Shown: positions 1-12,800 of the stretch, piece after piece | Layout: the number at the start of each line of letters is the position of its first letter | How positions within the stretch are numbered: the stretch's first letter is position 1 | Origin: Centroscyllium fabricii | Lineage: Eukaryota | NCBI GenBank assembly: GCA_051313645.2 | Contig: JBNRSN020000013.1 | Location: 87,916,001 to 87,980,000 of the forward strand | Direction of reading: 5' to 3' | DNA length: 64,000 nt | The notes under the pieces: generated by a model | Told to the model about the DNA's origin: nothing | What the model saw: the letters and a program-made list of their open reading frames with translations, nothing else | The model's database searches: none | Position numbers and translations under genes: made by a program

Positions 1-277
1 TTGCCCAAAATAGGCACAACGTCAGCAGAGCTGCTCCACCACAAGCTCAAGTTGGTGTAGAGGTTCGAACCATTTTGGGGTTCAGGCCTCATTTGAATGG
101 CTATAAAGCACTTTGGGCGACCCAAGATCGTGAAAGGCGCTGTATATGTTTTCTTAAGCACATTCCATATATTGATGACTGATATTGTGGCTTGTTATCA
201 ATCCTCTTTTTAAACTGTTACCTACTTTATCCTTTTGGTAGGATTCTACGTAATTGATTTTTCTTATGTCCTGTAAG

Positions 278-396
278 GTCAACCCATGTACCCGTTGGAG
301 AGGATCAGATGCAACACCTGGAGCTGGCACAGGATATAGCCCGGATCTTCAACAACCAATATGGCAGCTCATTTCCTGTACCAAAGGCTATTTTAA
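278..396 (+). CDS. WARS2: Mitochondrial tryptophanyl-tRNA synthetase, penultimate coding exon (119 nt)
   Basis: Pyrimidine tract and AG acceptor at 276-277, GTGAGT donor at 397. Translates (x)[39 protein letters not shown], containing the TrpRS VPVGxDQ motif. Phase-1 end joins exon 1215 in frame (A+GT=Ser). Confidence 0.95.
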
Positions 397-419
397 GTGA
401 GTACAATAACAACTACTAA

Positions 420-1110
420 ATACTTTTACATGTCCCAAGTGTTTCCCAGGAGATTGGAGAAAATCAAGCAGAAAGTGGGAAAATCAGCTGTAGGAGGTGG
501 TCAAAGAGGAAGATTTTGAGAAGGCATTAGAAGCTGAGGTGAAAGGTTGCAAGACAGTGGAGTTCAGGAAGTGAGCTTGAGTATAGGCACGTGACAGCTG
601 GAGGATCTGGCACTGACTATAGAACAGAGGGAGGGGAACACAGAAGATTTGAAGAGTGTCATTTCAAAATGCGAACCAAGCTTTTAGAGTCGATGAGCTA
701 GAAGATGGGAAGCCGTTGATCTCAACGCAAGTGAGGTGGCGGGTAATGCTGGACTTGGTGTAGGATAGGATATGGTCACCAAGGAGACCACTGGAGAAAG
801 CAAACTTTGAGGTGGTGAAGCAGTGAATGAAGATTTCAGGAGCAGTGGAGTTGAAGTAGAGATGTAGGCATGACAGTGTTCGAACGGGCAGTAGGCCGTC
901 TCGAAGGCAAACCAGATTGTGAAATTTGTAGCTTAGTTCAGGATGGTACAGGATACCGAGATTGCACACCCTTGATTCAGTCTGAGCAAGCAGTTAGGAA
1001 AGGGGATGGAATCGGAGCCTGGGCATGAAGTTTCTGATGGGAAGTAAACAGAATTGGTTCTGTCTGGTCAGTATTGAGGTGGAGCTAGTTCAGATCCAGC
1101 CTCTGTTGGA
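420..1110 (-). mobile_element. Degenerate L2 LINE fragment in the last WARS2 intron
   Basis: Purine-rich + strand with residual similarity to the better-preserved L2 copies at 40.7-44 kb. Confidence 0.55.
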
Positions 1111-1214
1111 CTGGCTTTGCACAAGATATAGATTTCAATATTGAATATTAACTTAATGTTTGAATATTACTTTACAAGTAAGCCTTTTTCCATTATTCCC
1201 TCCTCTCATTGCAG

Positions 1215-1663
1215 GTGAAACTAAAAAAATTAAATCACTGAGGAACCCTGCCACAAAGATGTCAAAGTCAGACCCTCAAACGTTAGCGACTGTGAATATC
1301 ACTGATTCACCGGAGGAGATATTATTGAAGTTTCGCAAAGCAGTAACTGACTTCACCTCTGAAGTGACGTATGACCCAGAGACACGGCCAGGAGTATCAA
1401 ATCTGGTGGCAGTTCACACAGCAGTGACTGGAATGACTGTCGAAGAGGTTGTGCATCAAAGCAAAGGATTGGACACTGCACGCTACAAATACGTGGTGGC
1501 TGAGGCAGTCATTGAGAAATTTGCACCAGTTAAGAATGAAATTGAAAGACTTAGAGCTGAGAAAGGTTTCCTCGAGCAAGTCTTAAACCGTGGAGCTGAA
1601 AAGGCAAAAGAATTGGCAAGCCCCATATACCATGAAATCCGAAAACTGGTTGGCTTTAGCTAA
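1215..1663 (+). CDS. WARS2: Mitochondrial tryptophanyl-tRNA synthetase, last coding exon
   Basis: Acceptor tctcattgcAG at 1213-1214. Translates [20 protein letters not shown]...KLVGFS* with the class I aaRS KMSKS motif and the anticodon-binding domain ([17 protein letters not shown]), close to the human WARS2 C-terminus. TAA at 1661-1663. Confidence 0.97.
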
Positions 1664-1862
1664 CCATCTATCAATTCTAAACCATAACTACTGGGTTACT
1701 ATAAATCTGTTTAATGTGAAAGCCTTGTAGAAGAGGTGATCATGGTGTACTTAAATAGGTGGTCAGTGATTATTTAAGGTACATGTATATTCAGGATCTG
1801 CACTGGTTATCATTCACTGAATATAATGTATGTTGAACATATTTGGTATGATATGTACTTTA

Positions 1863-1929
1863 AATAAAATAAACTGGATCCAGAGAAACATTGGTTGGGT
1901 GGTCCAAGATCATATCACTTAGGAATAAA
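1863..1929 (+). promoter_or_regulatory. Candidate WARS2 polyadenylation signals
   Basis: AATAAA at 1863-1868 and 1924-1929, 200-265 nt after the stop codon; which one is used cannot be told from sequence. Confidence 0.45.
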
Positions 1930-2846
1930 AAGCAAATTTTTAACATGCCCGTCAAAGCCAAACTGGATTCAAACCAGTTCTCCAGGCAAATGAAATGTAT
2001 ATAACCACACTGCATTATGTAGTCTTCCCCTCTGAATTGGATTTGCCAGTGAAAAAAAAAATGTTCTAATATACTGTGCCAGCTATTTCCTGTGTTAGAG
2101 AGAAAAAGCTTTTATCTTGGTTGGATTTGATCCTCGGCTCCAGGAGGAAAAGGTTTCACCACCTAGTTTCCTAAGTAATATCTCTTGGCGTCATGCGTAA
2201 GAGTATGCAACCTGTGATTGACTTCTGTGCTTTCATGGTTTTACTGTGACATTGGGAGGTGATGTGGACCCGAGGCGCAGAGAGAAGGACATTGTGAGGC
2301 AGCTACGCTGGAATGCTCTTTTGCACTTCCTACTTGCTGAGGAGCAAATTGCCTGCCCCCAATTGGAAATTAAGAGGAACCTAAACTAAGTGGAAATAAC
2401 TAATTAAAATTTAAACCTACTATGAAGACCAATTCCACTGTCATCAAAATGTAAAATTATTGCTGCTAAATGTGCAAGTGTTCATTGAAAAATAGAAGTG
2501 GTATATGGAATGAAAGCCAGTGAAATCCAAATACTTCAATGAACATTAAGATACAGTACTTGTGATATGTATTGGATTGTAAATTCAATACTGGGCTAAT
2601 TTCTCTATTGATTGGAATGAAAGCACGAGGAGTTCGGCATGGCTTGTGGCTGTGTTCACATAAATAGTGCGAACAGTCTTGTCAAACAGGAGATGGTAAA
2701 TCGGAAAGCTGTGGGCTTGTTATAAATCGCCCACTTTGGTTTGGAAAAAGCAAAATCTGATGTAACAGAATCTAAATTATGTTTTATTCTTTAGTGATCT
2801 CCCCAACTGAAGGCACTGACCTGTGATTGTTATTCATGAACACTGA

Positions 2847-3604
2847 GGGGGGTATTTTCATGTCCCCGTGAGGCGGGGTTTTGGGCGGCCCGGCCAGCAA
2901 AATAGCGGAACCGGCGGGTCCCGCCCATCCCCGCCGATTTCCCATTTTTGGTTGGCCTGTTTCCCCGACCCGAATCTTTCCCGCCGGCGGGGATGGCTGA
3001 TCAGATGATTAAGGGCTCTTAATTGGCACATGTAATGCCATTTTAAGGGCCGTTGGGGATGTTCAGCCCCTTCCCACCCTAACCCCGCCATCCTAAACAC
3101 CCAGCGGGAGCACAATGATTTTAAAACTTACTCCTTCCAGGTATTGAAGGCCCTGGAGCTAAATGCTTCCCAGGCCTTCACCACACTGCAGGAGTAAGTC
3201 ACTCCCTTAGGGCAGCAGCAGCTGTGGGGAAAAACTTCAAAAACTGCCTGCCCCATCTCCAATGACAGACGCTGGCTCTCTGTCAAAAATTTGAAGCCCG
3301 CCCACCCACCTGTCACTCAGCAGCACATGCCTTTCCCCATTGGTCATACTTCACTGTGGGGTCACAGTGGAGTGTTTCCATGGGAACTGTAAACCAACAG
3401 TTCCCGCATTTCCCTCAAGGTGCAGTTTCAGCGCCGTAATTGGCCGCCGGACTGCTACAATTAGCTCAGGCACCCCGCAAGCGGGAATTTAATTGACTAA
3501 TTAGTCGAAAATAGTGTGGCCTTCCCAGACCCTTGGCCAAGCGGGTCAGGAACCCACCCCTACCAATCCCCTCCAGGTTCCCGCTCGTCCCGCAAAATCC
3601 CCCC
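2847..3604. mobile_element. PIF/Harbinger-like MITE, 758 bp
   Basis: Imperfect TIRs GGGGGGTATTTT / AAAATCCCCCC, flanks TGA and TAA (TWA-like 3-bp TSD), GC-rich subterminal regions, no ORF. Confidence 0.65.
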
Positions 3605-3629
3605 TAAGTGTCTGCCATACCCTGCAGAA

Positions 3630-3938
3630 GGCGGCACGGTGGCATCGTGGTTAGCACTGTTGCCTCACAGCTCTGGGGGTCCGGGTTCAAATCCGGCCTC
3701 GGGTGACTATCTGTGTGGAGTTTGCACATTCTCCCCGTGTCTGCGTGGGTTTCCTCCGGGTGCTCCGGTTTCCTCCCACAGTCCAAAGATGTGCGGGTTA
3801 AGTTGATTGGCCAGGATAAATTGACCCTTAGTGATAGGGGGATTAAATATGTGGTGTTAGAGGGATAGGGTGGGATATGTGTCGGTGCAGGCTCGATGGG
3901 CCGAAATGGCCTCTATCTGCACTGTAGGGATTCTATGA
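3630..3938 (+). mobile_element. HE1-type V-SINE (tail type 1)
   Basis: tRNA-derived head GGCGGCACGGTGGC..GGTTCAAATCC, V-domain GGAGTTTGCACATTCTCCCCGTGTCTGCGTGGGTTTCCTCCGGGTGCTCCGG, CR1-like tail ending GATTCTATGA. Confidence 0.9.
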
Positions 3939-3944
3939 AGATGC

Positions 3945-4275
3945 CATTCTTGATAGATGATGAGTTTTGGCAGCCTACTCTGCAGTGGGAAGATGAGGGA
4001 CAAATCAGTCTCCTTTCACCCTGTCCTCGCTCAATGTCCCCACACACATTTATTCTTCTAGATACTGATCAAGACTAGGGAACCCTGACTGATTATTTCT
4101 CTCCCACTCTCTCTCCCCTTCCACCCTTCTCGTAGTTGGTGGGTGTTGAGGCCAACGGTACTAGCCTTGCATCCTGGCATCAGCTAACTCTGCACGGACC
4201 AGGGGTTGATGCTGTGATTTTCCTGGTCACACATCATTACTTCTCTGTTATGCAGTACATTTAATAACTGAGGCA
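3945..4275 (-). mobile_element. Old tRNA-derived SINE (AmnSINE2-like, tentative)
   Basis: Degenerate; related to copies at 56020-56285 and 57150-57845. Family name is from recall only. Confidence 0.45.
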
Positions 4276-4700
4276 TTGAATTCAATTGATTTTTTTAGGC
4301 AATAAATGGAATATTAGTAAGTATGTATAATTTTAAAAATATTGTTAAAGATATCGATCTCATGTTATGCTGTAAGGACTTCTTTGTGCTTATGTATCAC
4401 TGGTAGATAAATTTCAAATAAGAACAAGTTCTATTAGTACCTGGAGCTTGGGATATATGTAAATTAATGGGAACATAGATAATGTTTGTGTTTGTCCCCA
4501 TGTGCTCCTTGATGTACACCATGAAGACAAAAAGCCTTGCCACTCCTGAATCTGACATGCTTGGAGTAACTGCTGTGTGATTCCACAGGAGAGTAGTCAT
4601 GGTTATATTTGTGTATTAAATATTTATTTCTCCCAGTCACTTCTCCCTCTCTTAACTCACATCCCTTGTGTAGTTTTGTGTTTGGAATGTCATGACCCCA

Positions 4701-5689
4701 TTTAATAGTATACATCAACGATTTGGATATGGGAGTAGGGGGTACGATCAGCAAATTCGCTGATGATACGAAAATCGGAAGGGTGGTAAACAACGATGAG
4801 GATAGTAAGGGGCTTCAGGAGGATATAGACATAATGGTAAATTGGGCAGAAAAATGGCAAATGGAGTTCAACCCAGAGAAATGCGAGGTCATTCAATTCG
4901 GTAGACCAAATGGGGTAAGGGAATATACCATGAACAACAAAACGTTAAATAGGACCGAGGAGCAGAGGGACCTGGGGGTACAGGTGCACAGCTCCCTGAA
5001 GGTTGCTGGACACGTTAACAAGGTGGTTAAGAAGGCATACGGAATCCTCGCCTTTATTAACCAGGGCATAGTATACAAAAGTAGGGAGGTAATGTTAAAC
5101 CTGTATAACACACTGGTGAGACCTCAGCTGGAGTACTGTGTGCAGTTCTGGTCACCGCACTACAGGAAGGATGTGGCTGCCCTGGAGAGGGTGCAGAGAA
5201 GGTTTACCAGGATGATACCTGGTCTGGCGGACCTATGCTACGAGGAAAGGCTGGACAGGCTGGGGTTGTTTGCCTTGGAGAAAAGAAGGTGGAGGGGTGA
5301 CATGATTGAGGTGTACAAGATCATGAGGGGACACGATAGGGTAGACAAAGGGGCATTGTTTCCCCTGGTGGGAGAGTCAAGCACCAGGGGACATAGATTC
5401 AAGATCAGGGGGGGGAGGTTTAGGGGGGAGGTAAGGAGAAATTTCTTTACCCAGAGGGTGGTGGAAGACTGGAACTCCCTGCCTGTGAGGGTGGTGGAGG
5501 CAGGAACCATCACAACATTTAAAAAATACTTGGACCAGCACATGAAGGACCATAACATACAGGGTTATGGGCCAGGTGCGGGCAACTGGGGTTAGTACAG
5601 GGAGGAGTTTTCCTGGGCCGGTGCGGACTGGATGGGCCGAATGGCCCTTATCCGCACTGTAAAATTTCTATGATTCTATGATTCTATGA
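4701..5689 (+). mobile_element. Young 5'-truncated CR1 LINE with uninterrupted ORF2 C-terminus (RT, 290 aa)
   Basis: ORF 4723-5595 with KFADDTK, RPQLEYCVQFWSP and RRNFFTQRVV motifs; 3' UTR ending in an (ATTCTATG)n tail. Confidence 0.95.
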
Positions 5690-6879
5690 ATAGGTTCATG
5701 ATATTTGTATCTGTTATTGATCTAATGTGTTGCATTTTGGAGGAGGATCGAGTAGCTATTGACTTTGTCTATTTCTGCAGAATTCTTTGCATCTAATATT
5801 TTCCTTTACTATTTAGCCAAGTTGGCTAGTGGATTCAAGTCAAAAAGCCAACAGGAGACAGATGGTTAATTTTGGTCTTCATTTTTCAGCATTAGCCAAA
5901 TTGGCTCCACTATACAAGAAGATCGGTGGTATGGTAAATATTATAACTGCTAACTTATTTTCTAATAATTGCACCATGTGACTGCACAGCTCACAAAATA
6001 AACAACTTTTTTACTATAAATAAAATGAAACTATGGAAAAAGCTACACATGAGGAATTGCTGCCAAAGTCATTGCAGTGTCATATCATTAAATAACAACC
6101 TTTTTGTCTTCCAACCAGCAAAAAAAGTCACTGCGAAATGTTGAAAAGCGGGATAGTCTACAGTAAATATTTCAGGTACGTTGCACATAGAAATGATAAA
6201 AAGTGAATTCTCAAAAAGTAAACAAGCAAAATTACATGAGGAAGCAGATAACTCACCATGTCCAGTAAACTGAGTTGTTTATTATCTTAAGTCGCTCATA
6301 GTCATTTCTCTGGCTTATTCCATTGGTTTATATGGCTTAAGAGAAAAAAGTATTCAATGTATATACTTATCACTTCAAGTGATCCAAGTTAAATTGCCGT
6401 GATAGAAATCACATCCGATTTAAAAGTAAGTGCAAATACGTCCACTGATCCAGAAACCACATGTGAGGACACATATGGGCTGCTTGTGATATGTGAAATC
6501 TTTTCCATGAATCATCTCTTCCTCACATGGAGGTTGGACCCATGTGTGAGAAATGTATTTGTACCACAGGCATCTGGTGGTGTGCACTCTTTATACCACG
6601 TGCCTGCTTTCATTTTGTATATCATTTTTAACATTCACTTTTTTAAGCATTTAAAGGGTAAATTGCTTTATGGATCATGGAGTGTTTCAGCCATTGTCTT
6701 GTGCCATCACTGTTGAGTTTAATAGCAATCGTTTTACGGACCACACACAGCACTAAAAGCACAATGTTCCATCTTGGAGAAACCTAACCACAACTTTTAT
6801 TGCATGTTAGATGTTTGACTTCTCAGGCGGATTCAATTTTCAGTTGTATAACGGCTGCCACAAATTTATGTATAAGAAT

Positions 6880-7612
6880 GATTAGAGACCTTGAGAGGAG
6901 GCCAAGTAGGATCGTCCACTCGTGCCTTTTGGCTGAAGATGCTTGCAAACATGTCAGCCTTGTCTCTTGCACTCCCCCATGGTAGAGGGTGGGGGTGTTC
7001 ATGGAGCTTCCTCCTCCTATTAGCAACATAACTGGATTTTAGTATAGCCACTGAGATGTTCAATTCTATCATATGAAATAAAGCCACTTTGAGAATAGGT
7101 TTTTTTCTGCGTATGTAACAATTCATCTGATCTTTGTTTACTTCAGTCTGCACTCACCCTTTGCACTGGAGCGAGGTATGATTTTTTTTCCTTTAGTCAT
7201 ACAACAATCACTAAATTCGAGCCACACACTTTAGTCTTGCCACATCTCGCTGAGAATGGTGGACGACTAACAGGAGGTAGAAACTCCATGAACATCGCCA
7301 CCCTCTATCATGGTAGAGCCCAAAACTTGAGTACAAGAGATGAGGCTGAAGTGTTTGCAAACCTCTTTAGTCAAAAGGGCTGAGAAGACAATTCTACTTT
7401 GCCTCCAAGATCCCTAACTTCATAGATGCCAATGTGCAGCCAATGTAGTTCATTCTATGTGACGCTAAGTGCACTCAACCCAGCAAAGACTATAGGCCCT
7501 GACCACATCCTGCTGTGGTGCTAAACACCTGTGCAGCAGAGCTAGTCACTTCCCTGGCCATGCTGTTCCAGTATAGCTATGATAATGGTATCTACCCAAC
7601 AATCTGGAAAAT
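6880..7612. mobile_element. Decayed fragments of an APE-RT LINE (clade undetermined): 6880-7030 (-) and 7230-7612 (+)
   Basis: Translated remnants KADMFASIFSQK and VLNTCAAELVTSLAMLFQYSYDNGIYPTIWK; same family as 11100-12520. Confidence 0.7.
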
Positions 7613-8299
7613 GTTTCTGCCATTTCTCTTGGGTTTCCCCAATCTTTCGCTGAAGTTATGGTGGAGGATCAGGAGAGCCCCTGCAGAAATTACAGCCAAA
7701 CTAAGCATTCATGGAAACATTTTAAGTAAACAAGTTTCTCTTCCAGGAATTTCAAACTAGCCGTCCTTTTCAAACTGCCATCGGTTGTTTCTCTGATTTT
7801 AAAGAACTGTCTTTCTCATTGGAATTTTGCAAATGCCCATGATTGATTTAATGAGAGTCATGTTCACTTGGGCGCGAGTGGAAATCGGGTGATTGGGGAT
7901 CAGCCACCCATTATACCCCCACCCAATTTTCATTTCCATTTGAATTCCATTGAGTCCAAAATAAAAATGACTCATAATGGATTTTAAAACTAGTCATTAA
8001 AATGCAAAAATAAATTAAATGTATAAATGGCCCAATCACAAAATCTATATGTATTTAAAAACAGTCTTGGCCTTCCTCTCCACTCTATTACCAGAGCAAG
8101 CACAGCATTCCACCAGGACAGCCTAGTGTATGACTTTGGCTTTAGCTGGCTGTTAAATTCTATCTGCACATTGAGTGGAGTTTAAAGAGGCAGCACCTAC
8201 CCACAATTTAGACCAGAATGCATTAATTTTGTCACTGTAATATTTCAATAACTTGTGGTACTATTAGTATTCTTGAACTTGTGAAAAATACTCTTCACA

Positions 8300-9060
8300 A
8301 TGCAGAAAGTATAGCACAGCAGGGGGTTATTCGGCCCATTGTGCATAGGCTGATCCAAGCCATGCATCTGGAGCTGTCTAATCCAATTTCCCTCCCATTT
8401 CTTCATATCCTTTTATATTCCTCCTTTGCAAGTATTTATCCAATTTCCTTTTAAATGATATCGTTTCTGCCTCAAGGGCTACTTGTGGTAGAGCATTCCA
8501 TATTATAACAATCCTCTGTGTAGAAAAATATTCTTCTAACTTCCACTTTTGTTCTCTAATGATGGTCCTGACTGAGTCTATACTCCCTTGCTAATTGTTT
8601 CCACTGGGTGACAACCTATCTATCATTCATTATTTGCCCCCTCAAAACCTTTTATAATGTAAAGCTTTCTAAGATTCCCCCATTAACCACCTCTTCCAGT
8701 GAAAAAATATGCAATTTTTCAAACATTTCTTTGCAGTAATAAGCTCTCGTTCCTGGTGTTACTCTAATGAATCTTCTCGATGCTCCTTCCGTGGCTCTAT
8801 TGTACTGCCTATTTTATGGGGTCCCCAGGATACTGCATGCATCACTCGAACTGTGGCCTAACCAATGTCCTATACACAGTAAACATCATCTCTTCCTTCT
8901 ATATTCAATTACCCTTATGTCAATAGCCCAAAATACCATTTGTCTCGAAGGTCTTTTCGATCTGCACTCCCACCTTTAAAGATTTGCACCCACGAGCTCT
9001 CTGTTAAGGGTCTTGCTATTAAGGGTGCATTTCCTTACACTTTTTTCTGAAATTTCCATG
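8300..9060 (-). mobile_element. Old CR1 3' fragment
   Basis: Degenerate reverse-strand similarity to CR1 ORF2 end and 3' UTR. Confidence 0.6.
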
Positions 9061-9134
9061 TGACAAGACATGCTCATGCTGAGCCTGTAATAAAAAATAA
9101 CACTACAATATCCTGATAACATTGGGCAGAAAAC

Positions 9135-9295
9135 TAGTAAATACTGGAAATCTGACATATAAACAAAATATTGGAAATACACAGCAGCAGGGTTAGTTCT
9201 GATGAAGGGAACACATCCAAAGTGTCATAGCCTGTATTTTTCTTTACAGATACTGACTGACTTATTGTGTTCTGTAGAATATTCTTATTTCCATG
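9135..9295. mobile_element. Old Penelope-like fold-back remnant (family A)
   Basis: AAATACTGGAAATCTGA..GGAAATACACAGCAG arm followed by GTTCTGATGAAGGG.. and a degenerate opposite arm; related to 19946-20167 and 21951-22051. Confidence 0.5.
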
Positions 9296-9423
9296 TTGCT
9301 TGAAATTACCATATCTTAGAGAATAGTCAAATTTGATTATGGATAATGTTTCATTGTATAGATACTCATTTTACATGCAGTAAGTGTAAAATCTCCAAGA
9401 AGATGGTTTGGCAGAGGATGTTT

Positions 9424-9645
9424 CATAAGAACATAACCTAAGAAGCATGAGTCGGCCATACGGTCCCTCGGGCCTGCTCCGCCATTCAATAGGATCATGG
9501 CTGATACGAACTTAGACTCGCGTCCACGCTACCCGCAACCCCTTATTCCCTTATCAGCTAGGAAACTCTCTATCTCCGATTTAAATTTATTTAATGTTGC
9601 AGCTTCCACAGCTCTGAGGTAGTAAATTCCATAGATTTACTACCC
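9424..9645 (-). mobile_element. CR1 3' end fragment
   Basis: CATAAGAACATAA tail and GCCTGCTCCGCCATTCAATAGGATCATGGCTGAT (reverse CR1 3' UTR). Confidence 0.85.
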
Positions 9646-9989
9646 TAAGGAACTTCTGCAGTGATGTCCTGGTACCGGAGTGATTGGTCTCTGACAACCA
9701 CGACTATGTCCCGTCCCTGTCTATCAGGTATGACTCCATCACTGGAGCGTTTTCCCATTGAACGCCCACTGACCTCAGTTTTGCTAGGGTGCCTTGGTGC
9801 CATACGAACGTATGAAAGTGGCAAATGAGTAAAGACCAGCTTGTACATAATCATGGTGCAATTGAGCATCATGACTCCCATTGTTCCTAACCCACCAGAT
9901 CTCCTGGGAAATGCAAAAACTCCTAAAGAGAGAAAAAAAATTGACAAAATCTTCTCTGATCCCCAAAGGCGATCAAAACAAATCCCAGA

Positions 9990-10853
9990 AGACTAATATG
10001 CAGGTGCCGCAGGTGGTCAGGAAGGCCAACGGAATGTTGGCTTTTATTGCTAAGGGGATCGAGTATAAAAGCAGGGAGGTCTGGCTGCAGTTGTACAGGG
10101 TATTGGTGAAACCACACCTGGAATACTGCGTGCAGTTCTGGTATCCATATTTAAGAAAGGACATACTTGCTCTTGAGGCAGTGCAGAGAAGGTTCACTAG
10201 GTTAATTCCGGGGATGAGGGGGCTAACATATGACAAGAGGCTGAGTAGATTGGGCCTCTACTCATTGGAGTTCAGAAGAATGAGAGGCGATCTTATTGAA
10301 GCATATAAGATTGTGAGAGGGCTTGATCGGGTGGATGCGGTGAGGATGTTCCCAATTGTGGGTGAAACTAGGACTAGGGGCATAATCTTAAAATAAGGGG
10401 CTGCCATTTCAAAACTGAGATGAGGAGAAACTTCTTCACTCAGAGGGTGGTGGGGCTGTGGAATATGCTGCCCCAGAGAGCTGTGGATGCTACTACATTG
10501 AATAAATTTAAAACAGAGACAGACAATTTCCTGGAATTAAAGGGAATTAGCGGTTATGGTGAGTGGGCAGGTAAGTGGACGTGAGGCTAGGTTCAGATCG
10601 GCCATGTGATCTCCTGGACCAGTTTTCTGGGTCGGAGAGGAATTTCCCAGATTTTTTTCTCCCAAATTGGCCACTGGGTTTTTTATCTGGTTTTTCGCCT
10701 CTCCCGGGTGATCACATGGGTTTGGGCGGGATGTAGAGTAAAAATAAAATTGAGGTTAGGATCAGATCAGCCATGATCTTGTTGAATGGCGGAGCAGGCT
10801 CGAGGGGCCGATTGGGCCTACTCCTGCTCCTATTTCTCATGGTCTTATGTTCT
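9990..10853 (+). mobile_element. CR1 3' fragment
   Basis: KANGMLAFIAKGIEYKS..PHLEYCVQFW..RRMRGDLIE; 3' UTR ends CTTATGTTCT. Confidence 0.9.
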
Positions 10854-11099
10854 AATGATCATGAGACACATTGCCCAATGCTCCACCTACCTTCCGTAAG
10901 CTGCAATATTGACCACAGTTAGGAACTCATCCAGCTCCCTTTGAACACGTGTACTGATTCCACACTCACCCAAAGTTGAATTACCTTCTGTGAAAAGAAA
11001 AACTTCCCGACATCTACTCTAGTTCTGTGCTTACGTAACTTATATGCACATCCCTTGGGCAAACGCTGCTTTGATACTGAGCCGATATTCTCACTGCAT

Positions 11100-12800
11100 T
11101 CCACTCGGGTTCATGTCAGCAACGTGGTCAGTTGTGGTGGAAGCTGAACTCAGCACAGGCAAGACAATTATTGGCAAGTAAGTATTACTTGATTGCACTA
11201 TTGATTACTTCTTCCATCACTTTGATAATGATTGGGAGAAGGCTGAAAGGATGGTAATTAACTGGGGTAGATTTGTCGTGCATTTTGTGGATGGGATATA
11301 CCTGGGCAATTTTCCACATTGTCGGATCGATGTCAGTATCACAGCTGTGCGGGAATAGCTTTGCTGGAGACCAGCTAGTACTTGTGTGTATGTTTTCAGC
11401 GCTGCAGCTGGAATCTCATAAGAGCCCATAGCCTTTGCTGTGTCTAGTGTACTCAACAACATTAATAAGATCATGAAGAGTGAACTGAATTGACTGGCCA
11501 TTGGCTTCTATAATGATGGGGGCCTTGGGAGGAGGAGGAGGATTAAGGCCATATACGTGGTGGTTTTGGCTGAAGATGCTTGCAAACACTTAGAACCCAG
11601 GTAGGCCTGTGTTGTAGCTTCACTGGGTTGGTGCCTCGTTCACAAGTACGCTTGCTGTTACTCCTGGCCATGCCTTTGTACACTCCTCATTAAACTTGTG
11701 TTAGTCTCCTGGTTTGAGGGAGATGGAGCCAGGAGATTACAGATTTTGATATACAGTTCTGTGGCTGATGATGGCCCATCGCACCTCATAGATGCCCAGT
11801 TTGGACTGCTACATCTATTTTAGTCCATCCCACGAAGGTAGTGCCATCACATGAATACAAAACCTCACAAAGATTGTGTGGTCATCATTCCCATCAGATC
11901 TATCTTCAGTGCAATAGGTAGGTTGGCGGGGACGAGGTCAAGCAGGTTATCCCTGCATTAGTATCCTCATCACCTGATGCAGGACTATTCTGGCAGTTGA
12001 TCCCTTAAAGACTCAGCCAGCTCGATCAGTGCTAGTACTACCGAGCCATTCTTAGTGGTGGATATTGAAACCCTCACCCAGAATACATTTTGTGCCTTTT
12101 TCTTCTGAGTGCTCCTTCCAAGTGGTATTCAAAAGAGTACTGAATAATCAATGAGGGAGGTGGTGGATGGTAATCATCAGGAAGTTTCCTTGGCCTTATT
12201 TGACCTGAAGCCATGAGACATCATGGGGTTCTGAATCAATGTTGCGGATTCTCTGATATATACCACTCTGTCCTCATTTCTGGTGGATCTATTTGCCAGT
12301 GGAACAAGATATACCAAAGGATGGTGATGGAGAAATCTGGTGCAGGCTCAAACTCGGTGAATAGAACTATGTCAGATTGTTGCTTGACTAATCTGTGGGG
12401 CAGATCTCCCAGTGTGGGCACCAGTCCCCAGATATTAATGAGGTGGAATTTACAGGGTCGAAGGGCGTTGGATTGCCTAAGTCTTGTCCTGATCTGATGC
12501 CTGGGTCATTGCCAATAGGTTGGATGATGTTTTTCCTCTTGCTCTGGTTTGTAACAGTTGATTTACAACAGAGCTGCATAAGAGAAGGTATTAAAAGCCA
12601 GCCCGGTAATGTGGCACTGGGCACAAGCAGCAGATTCCCTTGCCTGAAGAAATGAGTGCACATTAATGAACCAGTTGAGTTTTTACAGCAATCCAGCAGC
12701 TTTTAGGGTCATTTCAGCCCACAAATTACCAGATTTACTAAATTCAATTTCACAATGTGGGATTTGAACTCGCGATCTCCGAGGCTACTGGACCCATATA
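11100..12800 (-). mobile_element. Decayed APE-RT LINE (same family as 7230-7612) with a tRNA-SINE-like segment at 12560-12800
   Basis: Remnants LSTLDTAKAMG..IPAAALKT and LPHRLVKQQSDIVLFTE (endonuclease start); 12610-12800 matches the reverse of the SINE at 54450-54865. Confidence 0.65.

Noticed and set aside
1160-1214. N-terminal part ([19 protein letters not shown]) of the 167-aa ORF as a standalone, bacterial-like trpS gene
   Set aside because: The TTG start and first residues lie in the polypyrimidine tract of an intron; homology begins at the AG acceptor 1213-1214.
3630-3700. tRNA genes at SINE heads (also ~16100-16177, 35771-35840, 54450-54540, 61430-61500)
   Set aside because: A/B boxes are present but run into SINE bodies without a proper acceptor stem.
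9651-9715. LVSDN motif suggesting a Gypsy integrase
   Set aside because: Five-residue match next to a stop, with no further integrase motifs.
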